Source of the DNA: Candidatus Heimdallarchaeota archaeon
GTDB taxonomy: Archaea; Asgardarchaeota; Heimdallarchaeia; Hodarchaeales; Hodarchaeaceae
Length of the DNA: 64,000 nucleotides
Reading direction: 5' to 3'
Assembly: GCA_020353515.1 (NCBI GenBank)
Contig: CP070695.1
Span: 4,439,248-4,503,247, forward strand
Below the pieces are notes generated by a model. The model was not told where the DNA came from. It worked only from the letters and a program-made list of their open reading frames with translations, and did no database searches. This document shows, piece by piece, positions 1 to 10,477 of this stretch. Numbering within the stretch: the stretch's first letter is position 1; each line of letters starts with the position of its first letter. The position numbers and the translations under genes are program-made.

Positions 1-212
1 CTGCTTTATACTTCACTGTCAAATTGCGTCTTCAGGACAAAACTTTGTCGGTACTCTCTGCCTTACTATTTTTTGTTTTCTTTACTCACTCCCTGAAGCA
101 CTTGTCGATAGCTCTAAATCATGCTCTCATGGCTTCTATTATGGATACAGTTACTGCCATATTTCTATTTTTCTATGCATTATATTATTGGAAAATATAT
201 AGGAGTCAATAA
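1..212 (+). CDS. Partial hydrophobic membrane protein (5' end outside window)
   Basis: Frame of ORF 24..212 stays open back to position 3 (ALYFTVKLRLQ...); two hydrophobic stretches; stop 2 nt before next ATG. Confidence 0.55.
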   Translation, partial: ALYFTVKLRLQDKTLSVLSALLFFVFFTHSLKHLSIALNHALMASIMDTVTAIFLFFYALYYWKIYRSQ

Positions 213-214
213 AA

Positions 215-559
215 ATGAATAAAGAACCCATTATTATTATACTTGAAACGACTGGATTATTGGCTTTAGTGGCAGCTCTTATTATTTTTATTATTATTAT
301 CTACCTTGAAATCAAACGAAATAACTTATCTCTTTCAAGTCATAGTTTCTTTATAATATTATTATTAATATGCTGGTTAGTAGTTGAACTTCTCTCACCA
401 TGGCTTTTTGGTTCAAACTCTCTCTTAGAACATTTGACACACTCTTTCTTACTTATAATTCTAGCAGTATGGATTAATCTTCGATTTTATTGGGCTCATA
501 AGAAAGCGAGAGAGATTTCTGATTTAGAGTGGAAAATCCAGATTGAAAGTTATAAATAG
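215..559 (+). CDS. Small 3-TM membrane protein, unknown function
   Basis: 114 aa ORF, three hydrophobic helices, coupled to upstream gene. Confidence 0.6.
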   Translation: MNKEPIIIILETTGLLALVAALIIFIIIIYLEIKRNNLSLSSHSFFIILLLICWLVVELLSPWLFGSNSLLEHLTHSFLLIILAVWINLRFYWAHKKAREISDLEWKIQIESYK

Positions 560-573
560 CGATTTCTCAATAG

Positions 574-768
574 TGTTCAGAAGATATTTCTGATGATACA
601 TTTACTATTACCAATTCGATTAGTACTTTTACTATAACTACGAGTATAGCTACCTCTTTTTCCCCCATTGTTGAAGTTACTTCATTTTATTACCCAGTGA
701 ATTCTTTATTATTCTCTTTCTGGATTTTCCTGATTCTGAGAAGAAATAAAATCAGAAAAGCATTTTGA
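574..768 (+). pseudogene. Orphan C-terminal fragment of a surface protein (Ser/Thr linker + TM + basic tail)
   Basis: Manual translation after TAG at 571: CSEDISDDTFTITNSISTFTITTSIATSFSPIVEVTSFYYPVNSLLFSFWIFLILRRNKIRKAF*; no ATG/GTG/TTG start ahead of the linker; same architecture as tails of 839..5584 and 21020..22177. Confidence 0.55.
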
Positions 769-838
769 CCTTATAAAATTCTTGGATTCAGTTTAATTTA
801 TAACAAGAAAAAGAAACATTGTGTGCAGGGTATGAAGA

Positions 839-3800
839 TTGTTTGCTCGAATAAATTCTGTTACTAGATATAATCATAATTTAACGAGACTTCATGCCAT
901 TATAACACAAATACAGTCAAAAATCATTGCTATCACGTTTATAGTTCTATTTGGTCTATCTGTATTCTCTCTTTTTCATATCAATGTCGTTTTGGGCGAA
1001 AAAGACTCAACATATCATTCTGTATCCTCACTAGAAAGTAAAAAATCATTCATTTTTGACACAATATCAATAAATCAGGAAAATAATGTAGAGAGAAATC
1101 AAAATCTCATTGACATTAAAAAAATGAGAAAAGACCAATTAAAACTATTAGATAAGAATACCAATCAAATTGCCGATAATTTAGAAAAAAGGATTCAAGA
1201 AAGTTCTCAAGAAAAACGAATGTCTATAATAGTTACAACAAAGACAAACGAGTTTCAAGGCGATGTGTTATTATTCGAGGCATACGGAGGGGTAATCCGT
1301 CATATCTGGGACAATCCTGATGACATTATTTATGGTTTTAGTGGAGAAATTCATGCTTCAAAAGTAAAAGAGTTTTCAGAGCAAGTCAAATCAAATATTG
1401 AACTAATAGAAGAAAACATACCTACTATGAGAAATTCCGATGTAGCAACCCATCTTGCAATGATACGAACTCATGTTTGGGATAATCTGAATTATACAGG
1501 AGATCCTAATGTGGCTATTGCCGTCCTTGATACAGGGATTGATGATACCCATCTCGCCTTTTCACCTGGATATCAAGATCAAAATTGGAGTAAAAAGATC
1601 GTGGGTTGGTATGATGCCACTGCTGATGGTTCAACGACACCAGAAGATTTTGGTGGACATGGTTCTCATGTCGCAGGAATAGTTGCTGCAAATGAATATA
1701 ATAACAGTTATGATGACGAGAGAATTGTGTCTACATGGAGTTATAGTTATGATCCAGGACAAAGTGCTGCGGGTGCCTTTGTTTACATAATTTGGGTAAA
1801 TAGAACAGGCACAATAGACATCAGTTATGTGTGGCAAGGTGAATCATCAGCAGAAGGAACAAATCTAAAACTGTATGCTCCTAATGGCACTCTGATGGCT
1901 AGTAATACCTCTGGCAACTCGAATATGACTGTTAGTCGAAGTATTTCATCAGAGGAAGATTTCGGTTATTGGGAAGTGGCGCTTGGAGTTAGTTGGGGAG
2001 TTAGTGGAGGACAACTAGATATTGCAGGTGTTAATAAATATCCTTATCCTGAACCCACGGCCAATTATAGTCGGTTTTCAGGTGTTGCACCAGAAGCAAA
2101 ACTTGTTGGAGTGAAGATATTCAATAAAACTGGCTCAGGTACATCGGTTGAAGTAATCAACGCTTTTAATTGGATCAAAAATAACAAAGCGACGTATCAC
2201 ATCGCTGTTGCATCTGGATCTTTCAGTTCTTCAGGAACTGTCGTGTCTGTTGATTCTGCAGCGGCTGCATTGGTGAATTCAGGAGTTACAGTTGTCCTAT
2301 CAGCAGGGAATGATGGTCAAGGTACAAATTCAATTTTCAGTCCTGGACAAGTTGATGGAGTAATCACTGTCGGGGCAACAGACGATTTTGATAGAATCAC
2401 CTCATACTCATCAGAGGGCCCAGGAAAGACGTCGAATACGACAAAACCTGACATAGTTGCTCCTGGAGGAGAAAGGACTCAAGGAGCTATCCTTCAAGTT
2501 GATAGTAATGACGCAGACTCAAAAAATTCTAGTTGGAGCGATAAAATTGCTAATGATTTCACTAATATTCAAGGAACCTCAATGTCTTGCCCGTTTGTTT
2601 CTGGATCAATAGCCTTACTAATTCAAGCTCTAGGTGGATACAATTATTGGGAAAATGGTTATGGATCTGCAACTAATCCGTTCAAAGTTAAGCAACTGAT
2701 CCTTATGACTGCCAACGAAATATATTTAGACAATAGAGGGGGAAAAGATGTTGTGGAGGGTTATGGAAGACTAAATATTTATGCTGCTATTGAGGCAATC
2801 GAAAATTCTTATGAAATAGGAACAAAAACTAGTGGAGTCTTGTCATTTGAGCTAGGTAAAAGGAAAGTATGGGCACAAAATGTAACTTTAACAACAGGAA
2901 CGAATTACACTTTTGTGTTAACTGTTCCTGATGGTGCAGATTTTGATCTATTCTTGTATGAAGCAGACCCAAATCAATTTGGCGAACCAGTAGTAGCTAC
3001 AAGATCAACAAACTTCGAAATTGGAGCAGATGAATACATTACATACACTCCAGAAGTAAGTGGAGTATATTACCTAGTTGTAAAGTCATCGTTTGCTAAT
3101 CAGGGTTCAGGTACCTTCAACTTAACCTCTACGTCAGGGAGTGATTATCCAGTTGTGTCTATTGTTTCTCCAAGTGAAAATGAGGAACTTTCAGGGGAAT
3201 ATACAGTTCAGATTAGTGCATTAGATTCGGATCTGAAAGCTGTCTATTTAAAGGTCGCAGATGACACTTGGATAAATACTACTTATACAGGAACATATTA
3301 CGAGTATGATTATAATACTACAGCTTTACCTGATGGCAATTTCTCTTTTGTAGCAAAAGCAGTTGATTCTCAAGGACACATAACATTTTTATCAGTAAGA
3401 AATAGTTATACTGATAATTTTAATCAGCCAATATTATTAGTTGATGATGATACAGGACAAGATTACGAGAAATATTATACAAGAACATTACACAGATTTT
3501 CATTGCAAGGGGGTATTGGTTATGACTATCACAGTGTTCAGGCTTTAGGGAGTCCATCAGATAATTTGTTGAAACAATATCAACTTGTAATCTGGTTTAC
3601 ATCAACAGATTCCAGTACTACGCTAACAGCAACTGATCAAAATAATATTATATCTTATCTCGATTCGGGGGGCTATTTATGGATATCTGGCCAAGATATT
3701 GGTCAAGATATTGCCCCATCGTCATTCTATTCAAATTATCTTCATGCAAATTATGATGGAGATACTGTGGTTGATAATATATATGTTTCAGGAGTAGTTG

Positions 3801-5584
3801 GTGACCTATTCGATAAAAAAAGATATTATGTAGGAGGTGGAGCAGGTAGTGGGCATCATGAGTCCCCGAGTGATATTACTGCGAATACAGGGGCCTCAAC
3901 AATTCTAAATTATGAGAATGATTCTGATTATGGCGCAGCAATCAAATATAGCGGAACACATAAGGTGATGTATTTTGCATTTAATTGGGAAGCAATAGAT
4001 GACGAAATTGATAGAATGGATTGCTTAAATCTGTCATTAAACTGGTTTAATCTTGATAAAAGGCCGACAAGTGTTTCAATAACCAACCCAAAAAATGGAA
4101 CGTTGTCTAACCAAAATCCAACTTTTTTATGGAGTGGAACTGATGATTATGGAATAGAAAAATACACAATATTTCGAGATGGGATCTACCTGAAAACAAC
4201 AACTGAAACTACTTTAACATTGAATGATCAACCAGAAGGATGGCATAGTTATAGAATTGTTGGATCTGATGGAAAAAATCAAAGTCAAGCTGACATGATA
4301 TTTCTCTTTGTGGACACAACACCACCAATAGTAGGAAGTATCATTTCTCCCATGAATAAAACCTATTCAACACCTTTCATTCCAATTTATGTTACAAACC
4401 AGAGTGCAGTTCATGCTGCATGGTATCGGTATAAAAATGGGTCTTGGTCAGGAAACTATTCCCTGATTTATGATACTGATGATGATAGGTGGGAAGCAGA
4501 AGTTCTTCGATGGAGTGATGGTAAGTATTTAGTACAAATCTTCTTCAATGATAGTGTAGGAAATGAAGCAACTATAGAGGAATGGTTCAGCGTAAATACG
4601 ACCTCTCCCGATGTTACCATTATCAGTCCTAGTAATATCACTTATACCTCCTCAAATGTAGATGTTTTTGCCAGTAATACCTCAAGAGTTCATACTGCGT
4701 GGTTTCGGTATAGGAATGGTTCTTGGTCAGGAAACTATTCCCTGATTTATGATTCAGATGAGGAGAGGTGGAGAACAGAAGGGCTCACATGGAGTGATGG
4801 ATATTACCAAGTACAGGTTTTCTTTAATAATAGTGCTGGATATGAGGCGTTTGATCAAGAATGGTTTACTGTAGACACCAGTGCTCCTATCGTGATCATT
4901 AACACACCTCTGAACTCATCCTATGACCGAAATAGTGTCTGGCTAAGTTATTCTGTTTCCGATGGTGATGTTACTATCTATATTGATGGTTTAGCCCTAA
5001 GTTCAGAATTCCCTGACGGTTTGACCCTATCTGATCTATTGGATGGGGCTCATAATATTACAATCGTTGCCATAGATGAAGCTGGAAACAGAGGAAGGGA
5101 CACAGTAATTTTTACTGTGGATACTCTTACACCCACGATAAATATTATTAATCCGACTAATACTCAGTATGTGCAAAATAACATCCAATTGATCTATACT
5201 GTTTCTGAGGGCGTGGTTACAATTTATATTGATGGGATAGCCAATACAACGGCAGTCCCTAGTGAATCGTACATTTCAGATCTCTCTGAAGGGAGTCATA
5301 ATATTACTATTGTGGCAATAGATTCAGCAGGTAATATTAGAAAAGTCACTGTCATATTCACGGTGGGTACTATTCCTACTACCACTGTACCTGAAATTCC
5401 TAGTACAACACACCCAATAGTTACTCCTACCTCTACATTCCAACCAATTACTGATACTACAACAACTACTACTCAATCAGAATCCACAAAAAAACGAGGT
5501 TCAGGATTCTTATTGATCGAGGTTTTCATGATGATAGCTTTGATAGGCATTTTAGTCAAAAGACTCAGATCCCAAAGAGAGTGA
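839..5584 (+). CDS. Secreted, membrane-anchored S8 (subtilisin-like) serine protease with propeptide, PPC-like, GAT-like and Ig-like domains
   Basis: Catalytic motifs VLDTGID, HGSHVAG, SAGNDG, QGTSMS; N-terminal hydrophobic segment; Thr-rich linker then GF-TM-KRLR tail; true start may be downstream of 839. Confidence 0.93.
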   Translation: MFARINSVTRYNHNLTRLHAIITQIQSKIIAITFIVLFGLSVFSLFHINVVLGEKDSTYHSVSSLESKKSFIFDTISINQENNVERNQNLIDIKKMRKDQLKLLDKNTNQIADNLEKRIQESSQEKRMSIIVTTKTNEFQGDVLLFEAYGGVIRHIWDNPDDIIYGFSGEIHASKVKEFSEQVKSNIELIEENIPTMRNSDVATHLAMIRTHVWDNLNYTGDPNVAIAVLDTGIDDTHLAFSPGYQDQNWSKKIVGWYDATADGSTTPEDFGGHGSHVAGIVAANEYNNSYDDERIVSTWSYSYDPGQSAAGAFVYIIWVNRTGTIDISYVWQGESSAEGTNLKLYAPNGTLMASNTSGNSNMTVSRSISSEEDFGYWEVALGVSWGVSGGQLDIAGVNKYPYPEPTANYSRFSGVAPEAKLVGVKIFNKTGSGTSVEVINAFNWIKNNKATYHIAVASGSFSSSGTVVSVDSAAAALVNSGVTVVLSAGNDGQGTNSIFSPGQVDGVITVGATDDFDRITSYSSEGPGKTSNTTKPDIVAPGGERTQGAILQVDSNDADSKNSSWSDKIANDFTNIQGTSMSCPFVSGSIALLIQALGGYNYWENGYGSATNPFKVKQLILMTANEIYLDNRGGKDVVEGYGRLNIYAAIEAIENSYEIGTKTSGVLSFELGKRKVWAQNVTLTTGTNYTFVLTVPDGADFDLFLYEADPNQFGEPVVATRSTNFEIGADEYITYTPEVSGVYYLVVKSSFANQGSGTFNLTSTSGSDYPVVSIVSPSENEELSGEYTVQISALDSDLKAVYLKVADDTWINTTYTGTYYEYDYNTTALPDGNFSFVAKAVDSQGHITFLSVRNSYTDNFNQPILLVDDDTGQDYEKYYTRTLHRFSLQGGIGYDYHSVQALGSPSDNLLKQYQLVIWFTSTDSSTTLTATDQNNIISYLDSGGYLWISGQDIGQDIAPSSFYSNYLHANYDGDTVVDNIYVSGVVGDLFDKKRYYVGGGAGSGHHESPSDITANTGASTILNYENDSDYGAAIKYSGTHKVMYFAFNWEAIDDEIDRMDCLNLSLNWFNLDKRPTSVSITNPKNGTLSNQNPTFLWSGTDDYGIEKYTIFRDGIYLKTTTETTLTLNDQPEGWHSYRIVGSDGKNQSQADMIFLFVDTTPPIVGSIISPMNKTYSTPFIPIYVTNQSAVHAAWYRYKNGSWSGNYSLIYDTDDDRWEAEVLRWSDGKYLVQIFFNDSVGNEATIEEWFSVNTTSPDVTIISPSNITYTSSNVDVFASNTSRVHTAWFRYRNGSWSGNYSLIYDSDEERWRTEGLTWSDGYYQVQVFFNNSAGYEAFDQEWFTVDTSAPIVIINTPLNSSYDRNSVWLSYSVSDGDVTIYIDGLALSSEFPDGLTLSDLLDGAHNITIVAIDEAGNRGRDTVIFTVDTLTPTINIINPTNTQYVQNNIQLIYTVSEGVVTIYIDGIANTTAVPSESYISDLSEGSHNITIVAIDSAGNIRKVTVIFTVGTIPTTTVPEIPSTTHPIVTPTSTFQPITDTTTTTTQSESTKKRGSGFLLIEVFMMIALIGILVKRLRSQRE
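4421..4753 (+). repeat. Intragenic tandem duplication of an Ig-like domain (279 nt period)
   Basis: Identical 33-mer tcttggtcaggaaactattccctgatttatgat at 4442-4474 and 4721-4753; protein repeat AWYRYKNGSWSGNYSLIYD / AWFRYRNGSWSGNYSLIYD. Confidence 0.9.
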
Positions 5585-5812
5585 GTTTATAGAATTTTAT
5601 AGATGAAAAAATAGGAATCATCTAGATAAGATATATATTTCCCAAGCCTATCGATAGTAAAGAATTAGATTTATGAAATTCTATATCCCTTTTTTTACCT
5701 TCTCCCTTTTTTTATTCCTTATGGAAGTGTGAAAACGTTCAACTTAGGATAAATCCTCATTCCGTTACAGGGCGCTTAATAAGAGAGGAATTTCCTAATA
5801 AAATTAGAGAGA

Positions 5813-6688
5813 ATGTTCATAGACTTACTGTTGATTATATTATCTCCATTCGTTTTTCTCTATTCTTTGATAATTTTTCAGCAACAACAGCACAGAAAAA
5901 TAATTGAGTGCTGTATCTGTAGACGAAAAATTGCCCCTTTGGAAGAGAGGGTCATTTGCCCATATTGTCAAACTATTTATCATCGCACACACCTATCTCT
6001 ATGGTTGAGAATAAGAAAGAAATGTCCTATATGTAAAAATCATATTGAAGATTGTAAATCTTTGTTGTCTATTGTTTTGAAAGTACAAAATCCCTCAAGT
6101 AACATTCCTAACTCTCAACCAATTGATAACTCATGTCAAATTCAAAAAAAGGAGATTCGGATTTCGTCGTTCTTCAGGGAGTCACTAGTCTTTGAATGTC
6201 CATATTGCAAAAATATCTTAAATTCTGACAAAGAAGCCTTAAACCAATGCCAAATCTGTGGTTTGCGCATATTGTGGATAAATGATATTGAATCCAGAAT
6301 TAAAATTCAAAATGATTTAAATTATTATAAAAACATCAAAAGAAAGATTTATAGTGAAAATAGTGAACGAAATTTTAGTAAAATAAACTATCGATATATA
6401 GAACGTCAGAAAATGAAAAAACGAGAGTCTTTCCGACAAGAATTACAGAAACAATCCCGATTAGAATCTCAAAATCAGATATTATTACTCAATCTTGACT
6501 ATTTGAGGAGAAAAAATCATCAATTAAATAATCAATCTAGTAATCCCTTAAAGCCCATAGAATTACTGGATGAAAAAAAGCATAAAAGAAAAATGAATTA
6601 TTTAAGACTAGAAAGTGTCATATTACTTCTAATGCTTATTTTGACTATATTCTTATCATTAATCTCTACAATGGTTATTATTAGATAA
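5813..6688 (+). CDS. Membrane-anchored RING-variant zinc finger protein (putative E3 ubiquitin ligase) with second Zn ribbon and coiled coil
   Basis: C-x2-C-x12-C-x2-C-x4-H-x2-H-x3-W-x6-CPxC; second CPYC...CQICG; N- and C-terminal hydrophobic helices. Confidence 0.72.
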   Translation: MFIDLLLIILSPFVFLYSLIIFQQQQHRKIIECCICRRKIAPLEERVICPYCQTIYHRTHLSLWLRIRKKCPICKNHIEDCKSLLSIVLKVQNPSSNIPNSQPIDNSCQIQKKEIRISSFFRESLVFECPYCKNILNSDKEALNQCQICGLRILWINDIESRIKIQNDLNYYKNIKRKIYSENSERNFSKINYRYIERQKMKKRESFRQELQKQSRLESQNQILLLNLDYLRRKNHQLNNQSSNPLKPIELLDEKKHKRKMNYLRLESVILLLMLILTIFLSLISTMVIIR

Positions 6689-6725
6689 CTAATATAATTA
6701 ATCTAGTAATCTGGAATAAAGGATG

Positions 6726-6992
6726 TTAGAATCCTTTCCCAAAAAATTCTGTAAGATTAAAATAGACGTTGATAACAGCCTTGTCAGAAAGTTGAATGAT
6801 TAATCGGTCATAAACGTTCTGATTCTCATTCAATAGTTCCTGCTTAAGTAATTGCCATTCCACCCCTCTCTTGCCGAATTTGTTCTCAAGATAAAGGTAC
6901 TCCGCATTGATTCCCTCAAAATGATCATGGACATCAGATATTATTATAGCATTTTCAATCGTTGATCCGTCATGAGCAGAGTACGATACCAT
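6726..6992 (-). CDS. Small conserved hypothetical protein
   Basis: 88 aa; DGSxxENAIII...AEY.YL...YD.L...VYFNLTEFFG pattern resembles a widespread uncharacterised family; ATG start. Confidence 0.6.
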   Translation of the reverse strand: MVSYSAHDGSTIENAIIISDVHDHFEGINAEYLYLENKFGKRGVEWQLLKQELLNENQNVYDRLIIQLSDKAVINVYFNLTEFFGKGF

Positions 6993-7062
6993 TCCAATTT
7001 TTCTCCAATTCAGGTGTTGGTAAGCTAAAACAAAATCTGGTAATTTATAAAATACATGTCAT

Positions 7063-8511
7063 TTAAATACCAATTTTCTCTAATTCGGCTTTGATGGGTT
7101 TTATTTTTTCTGGAGATAGGTCCCAGTATTTCCAATACACTAGTGCCGCGAAGGCCATAAAAAAAGCTGGAACTAAACCAAAGTGGGCCATAATACCCCA
7201 TAAAGCAGGATCAGATTGTATTGGAGCTTCTGGATCGAATGCAGTAAGTGTATGAATGATATATAATGTTCCAATTTGAATAACTGTGACTAATCTTGCA
7301 AAAAAATTCCAAATCCCCAAATAAATACCTTCCTTTCTTTCGTGAAACTTTAAGGCTGCTAAATCAAAGAAATCCCCTTGGACTGGTATGCGAGATATTA
7401 CTATTATTCCTCCTACAACACCCCACAAAGCAGCACCAAGCATCACAAACAGAAGACTTGCTTGAGCGCCAAAGATCAAACTGAAAAAAATCAGTAATAC
7501 TGGAAGCGGACTTAGCATTAAAGCGTATTTGAAGGCTTTTGAATGACCAAGTTTCTTCACAATCCAAATATAAAGTGGGATCAATAAAATAGTTGTCAAT
7601 ACATAAGGAAACGCTACCGTTGCTATCATTTGGCCGTATTCTGTGGATTCTGTATCTTTAATACCTAATATATAAGCAACATAATACGGTTGACTAGCGT
7701 TTATTAAAGCTAAAGCCACCGTAGTGCATAAAGTAACTATGGCTAATACGATAAATGGTTTAAGTTCAAAACAGTCTTTTATATTACTAAACAATTTAGG
7801 TAAAAACGGTTCTTGAGTTAATTCTTCTCTGAAATAAGCGTTTCTTATCGATTCCTCTTCTTTAATGCCAGGGATTGATAGAATAAAGGAAATCAAAGCG
7901 ATTATAGCTAGAATTATACTCATCATCATGTAGGAATCTGGATCTGGAGTAAGAGTTGCTACGATGGCTAATCCAATGAAAGGACCCAGCATCATAAAAA
8001 GGTGTATGAAAGCCCCCAACGTCGTCCTTTCTTCCTTTGATCTAAACTTCACTGGAAGAAGTGCATTATAGTTGACAAGAATGGTCGAAAGCAATCCATC
8101 ATAAGCTGATAAGAAAAAAAGAAACCAGAAAAATAAAAACCAACTCCCTAAAGAAGAAACGAGGGATGCTGAGAACAGAAGTACTAAAGCAAATAACAGA
8201 GGAATCGTACAGCCAACAATCCATGGAAATCTTTTCCCCCAACGACGAGTAAATCGGGTTTTTTGGTCAGAAAGATGCCCAATAAACGGATCATTAAACA
8301 TATCCCATATTGTGTATACTATACTTGCAAGAAACATCATTCCGATATCTAGACCGATCAACGACTCATAGAAAAAGGGATATTGTTGGGTAACTACAAT
8401 GATCATTGCATTAAATCCAAACATCATTACAGCAAATGATGTGTAAGTTGATCGGGAATAATTTTGCCCCATATTAGCTGTTTGTTCTTTTAATTCACTT
8501 TGCTCGTTCAT
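7063..8511 (-). CDS. MFS transporter, GPH (glycoside-pentoside-hexuronide) family
   Basis: ~12 TM; WDMFNDPFIGHLSD and TRRWGKRFPW motifs; ERKEGIYLG. Confidence 0.88.
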   Translation of the reverse strand: MNEQSELKEQTANMGQNYSRSTYTSFAVMMFGFNAMIIVVTQQYPFFYESLIGLDIGMMFLASIVYTIWDMFNDPFIGHLSDQKTRFTRRWGKRFPWIVGCTIPLLFALVLLFSASLVSSLGSWFLFFWFLFFLSAYDGLLSTILVNYNALLPVKFRSKEERTTLGAFIHLFMMLGPFIGLAIVATLTPDPDSYMMMSIILAIIALISFILSIPGIKEEESIRNAYFREELTQEPFLPKLFSNIKDCFELKPFIVLAIVTLCTTVALALINASQPYYVAYILGIKDTESTEYGQMIATVAFPYVLTTILLIPLYIWIVKKLGHSKAFKYALMLSPLPVLLIFFSLIFGAQASLLFVMLGAALWGVVGGIIVISRIPVQGDFFDLAALKFHERKEGIYLGIWNFFARLVTVIQIGTLYIIHTLTAFDPEAPIQSDPALWGIMAHFGLVPAFFMAFAALVYWKYWDLSPEKIKPIKAELEKIGI

Positions 8512-8683
8512 TTCGTACTCAATCCTTATAAATTTAAACAGAAAGTAATGTTTGATTCAAAATACCGGACTAAAAATCTTTTAACGTTAAAGTGATTTTT
8601 TTATTACTAAACTTAAAAAACATTCTAGAAACAATCGCAGAAAACACAACTATCACTGATCTTAATTCTAAAAGATCCATTGG

Positions 8684-9607
8684 ATGAGTAGAATGATGAA
8701 TATCAACAGGAACAAGGATCTGAATTCTCAGATAATGAAACTTTCTGATGGACGCCGCTTTGGTTATGCTGAATATGGGGATTTAAATGGAAAACCCGTT
8801 TTTTACATTCATGGTAATCTCGGAAGTCGTTTAGAGGCAGCATTTGTTGAGGAAGAAAAACTGACGGATTTGGAAGTTAGATTAATATGTATAGATCGTC
8901 CTGGAATGGGAATTTCCGATTACCAGCCTGACCGGAAGATTTTGGACCTTCCAAATGATATATTAGAGTTAGCTAATCATGTAGGACTTACTAAAAAACA
9001 ATTTTCAATACTTGGAGGAAGTGGCGGTGGGCCTTATGCTCTCGCTTGTGCCTTTAGAATCCCTTCAGAGCGATTAAAAAGTTGTATTATCGTCTCTGGG
9101 TTAGGGCCTTATGAACTAGATAAAACGGGGATGAATTCTCGTGGGAAAAACCAACTTATCATCGCTCGACATTTTCCATGGGTATATCGTTTCTTGATTT
9201 GGTTCATGATGGGTCGTAAAGCAACAGCTGAGAACAGAAAATGGTGGGAAAAGAATTTCCAAAAACTCAATAAAGATCTGCCGCTCCCCGATCAGGAAGT
9301 TGTCCTAAATCCAAGTATTGTTGATCGAATGATAGAAAAAACAATTGAAGCCTTCAAACAAGGTTCAAAAGGCCCTGCTCATGACTTTATATTATACACT
9401 AAACCTTGGGGGTTCAAACTAGAAAATATTCCCAAAGAAACGAATGTTTTCATATTTCATGGGGAACAAGATGTCAATGTTCCAGTATCAATGGCACGAA
9501 CTATCAGTCAGCAACTCCCTAATTGTAATTCTAAATTTTATCCAAACGAAGGTCATTTATCAGTTTTGGTTAACAATTTTCCAGAGATATGTAACCCTCT
9601 TTTCTAA
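8684..9607 (+). CDS. Alpha/beta hydrolase
   Basis: DGRRFGYAEYG, HGNLGSR, DRPGMG, nucleophile GGSGGG, HGEQD, EGH. Confidence 0.9.
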   Translation: MSRMMNINRNKDLNSQIMKLSDGRRFGYAEYGDLNGKPVFYIHGNLGSRLEAAFVEEEKLTDLEVRLICIDRPGMGISDYQPDRKILDLPNDILELANHVGLTKKQFSILGGSGGGPYALACAFRIPSERLKSCIIVSGLGPYELDKTGMNSRGKNQLIIARHFPWVYRFLIWFMMGRKATAENRKWWEKNFQKLNKDLPLPDQEVVLNPSIVDRMIEKTIEAFKQGSKGPAHDFILYTKPWGFKLENIPKETNVFIFHGEQDVNVPVSMARTISQQLPNCNSKFYPNEGHLSVLVNNFPEICNPLF

Positions 9608-9664
9608 TATCATCAGATTACAGGAAAAGTTGAGGTAATCCCAGCAGGATCAATCCTTCTCCAT

Positions 9665-10444
9665 TTATAGGAACGTAATTTGAGATTTATGTTCACTCAA
9701 ATTTTTTTCTGAATTTGGTGTCACTGATTCAATATTTTTAATGAGAACGACGACTATCCCGGTAAATATAAATAATCCAAAAATGAACAACCACCAAAAA
9801 TTAGCCATTAAGATAGGAGCTAGGGGGGGTACGAACAATTCAACGACAATGGTATTACCCAGGTAATTGGTTCCAGAAATAATGAGCATCTTATCAATCT
9901 CGAACTGATAGTTCTTGTTTAAAAATAGTGGAAAAACAATGTAAGCTATGATTCGTAATAGATTTCTAAACCATTGTTCATTACAAGGGATGCATAAGAA
10001 GTCTTGAACAATAAAAGTAAAATCTTGGCCAAAAAAATTAGTTAAAATTGCCCCAAAGTTTAACATACAGAATGAAATTAATGCTGTGAGAATAAATAAC
10101 TCTTTCTTTGTATCTATGTTTCGATATTGTTGAGCATTTTTTATAGATAAATATGATAGAAATCCGTTTGCTACAATACCTAAGGGAAAAGATAAAAACA
10201 AAGAGAAAATTCCGAGTGGGAAATTTCTGAATGGATTCTCTTGTATTCCCTCAATAGGAACTTCTGGGATCTCTCGGTTGAGAATAATAGCTGGAACCAC
10301 AATTATTCCATGACCACCTTCGTGAGAAAACATTGTAATAAAAATCAGAATAGGTAAAATTATTAAGAGTGTGCTACTCATGAATATTAATATTAATATA
10401 TTTTTTATAGAAAAAAAATCTTTTTCTGGTCGATTTAGATTCAA
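9665..10444 (-). CDS. Membrane protein with HExxH motif (M50/site-2-protease-like)
   Basis: FSHEGGHG at the end of the first TM region; multiple TMs; possible third ligand in NFFGQD. Confidence 0.55.
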   Translation of the reverse strand: MNLNRPEKDFFSIKNILILIFMSSTLLIILPILIFITMFSHEGGHGIIVVPAIILNREIPEVPIEGIQENPFRNFPLGIFSLFLSFPLGIVANGFLSYLSIKNAQQYRNIDTKKELFILTALISFCMLNFGAILTNFFGQDFTFIVQDFLCIPCNEQWFRNLLRIIAYIVFPLFLNKNYQFEIDKMLIISGTNYLGNTIVVELFVPPLAPILMANFWWLFIFGLFIFTGIVVVLIKNIESVTPNSEKNLSEHKSQITFL

Positions 10445-10477
10445 AATTCATACCTCATTTAATTTAATTTCCGAAAC

